This document shows positions 59,534 through 64,000 of a DNA stretch of 64,000 bases, piece after piece. Positions within the stretch are counted from its first letter, which is position 1, and every line of letters starts with the position of its first letter. The notes under the pieces were generated by a model that made no database searches, was not told the DNA's origin, and saw only the letters and a list, made by a program, of their open reading frames with translations. A program made the position numbers and the translations under genes. The DNA is from the human T2T-CHM13v2.0 reference genome, Homo sapiens, in assembly GCF_009914755.1 (NCBI RefSeq), contig NC_060930.1; one strand, given 5' to 3'.

Positions 59534-60189
59534 AATATCTCCATAAATTTACTTGAACTGCTATTCTGTATCTTTTGCTACTATAATGTGCCACATTTTT
59601 GTGACTTATCAGGGCACTTAGGTTATCATGGTCATCTCTAGCTCTGAGCTCCTCTCCTTTTTTTTTTGTTGAGTTATTTTAGGATTGAGACTGTCCATTT
59701 TTATATTTTTCCCTCTTCTGCATCATGTCCAGCAAGATAGGAAATGCATTCATTTTTTTTTGTAAGCTCCACCAAAAAGATCACTCCCAGAAGTTACCAT
59801 GTGTAGAAGCCTTTACTAAAGATTTTGGTGACAGCAAAGAGACTTATTCATGGAAATACAAATAACTTTAAATGGAATGTTAAGAACACCTGACCCCAAG
59901 ATCCTTTGACACTTTCTAAATCTGGGCTTTGGCCTCAAGCAATAGAGCCCGTCCTCTCCACTCCCTTCAGTCTCATCTTCTCAGGCCCAAATGCTCTTTC
60001 TTTCCAGCAGAGAGCTGTTGAACTACCTTTTCTCGTTGCATTGGCCTGAGCCCTCGCTTCCCCACTAGTAACTTAGCAAGAGAATTTCCTAAACAAAGAC
60101 AGTTCCTTCCGTAAAACCACTCATCCTCCTATATTAACAGTAGTGGATGCCAAGATGACATTCCATGCCCCCCGATTTATTTTTCTTTC

Positions 60190-63720
<3,531 letters not shown>

Positions 63721-64000
63721 GGGGCCAGGCGGTGGCTCATGCCTATAATCCCAGCACTTTGGGAGGCCAAGGCCGGTGGATCACAAGGTCAGGAGACCAG
63801 CCTGGCCAACATGATGAAATCCTGTCTCTACAAAAAATACAAATATTAGCTGGATGTGGCAGCGGGCACCTGTAATCCCAGCTACTCAGGAGGCTGAGGC
63901 AGGAGAATCGTTTGAACCTAGGAGGCAGAGGTTGCAGTGAGTCGAGATTGCGCCATTGTACTCCAGCCTGGGTGCCAGGGCGAGACTCCGTCTCAAAAAG

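Overview
Primate (almost certainly human) genomic DNA containing the SOX4 locus (6p22.3, from recall). The only intact protein-coding gene is the intronless SoxC transcription factor SOX4: CDS 15196-16620 (+), about 0.8 kb 5'UTR, about 2.65 kb 3'UTR, AATAAA at 19251. It sits in a roughly 15 kb transposon-poor zone that also holds a second CpG island 4-7 kb upstream. About 3.4 kb downstream is a BOLA2 processed pseudogene with a frameshift, polyA remnant and target-site duplication (TSD). The rest is repeat-rich intergenic DNA: about 55 Alus, L1 and L2 fragments, MaLR LTRs, a MER61-like solo LTR with an LTR12C nested inside it, a MER52-like LTR and a Tigger1 fragment. Nearly all other ORFs in the track are Alu/L1/LTR read-throughs or GC-rich shadows. 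I found no new protein-coding system. The most unusual sequence-visible signals are: (1) a ~145 bp element I cannot assign to a repeat family, present twice 6.9 kb apart and carrying TCF/LEF and SOX motifs; (2) two independently inserted Alus 25 kb apart that share many non-consensus substitutions; (3) two uORFs and a nested stem-loop in the SOX4 5'UTR; (4) an LTR12C pointing antisense toward SOX4 with a mutated TATA-like box; (5) unusual CpG retention in the BOLA2 retrocopy. Repeat subfamily names are from memory of consensus sequences and need RepeatMasker/Dfam confirmation.
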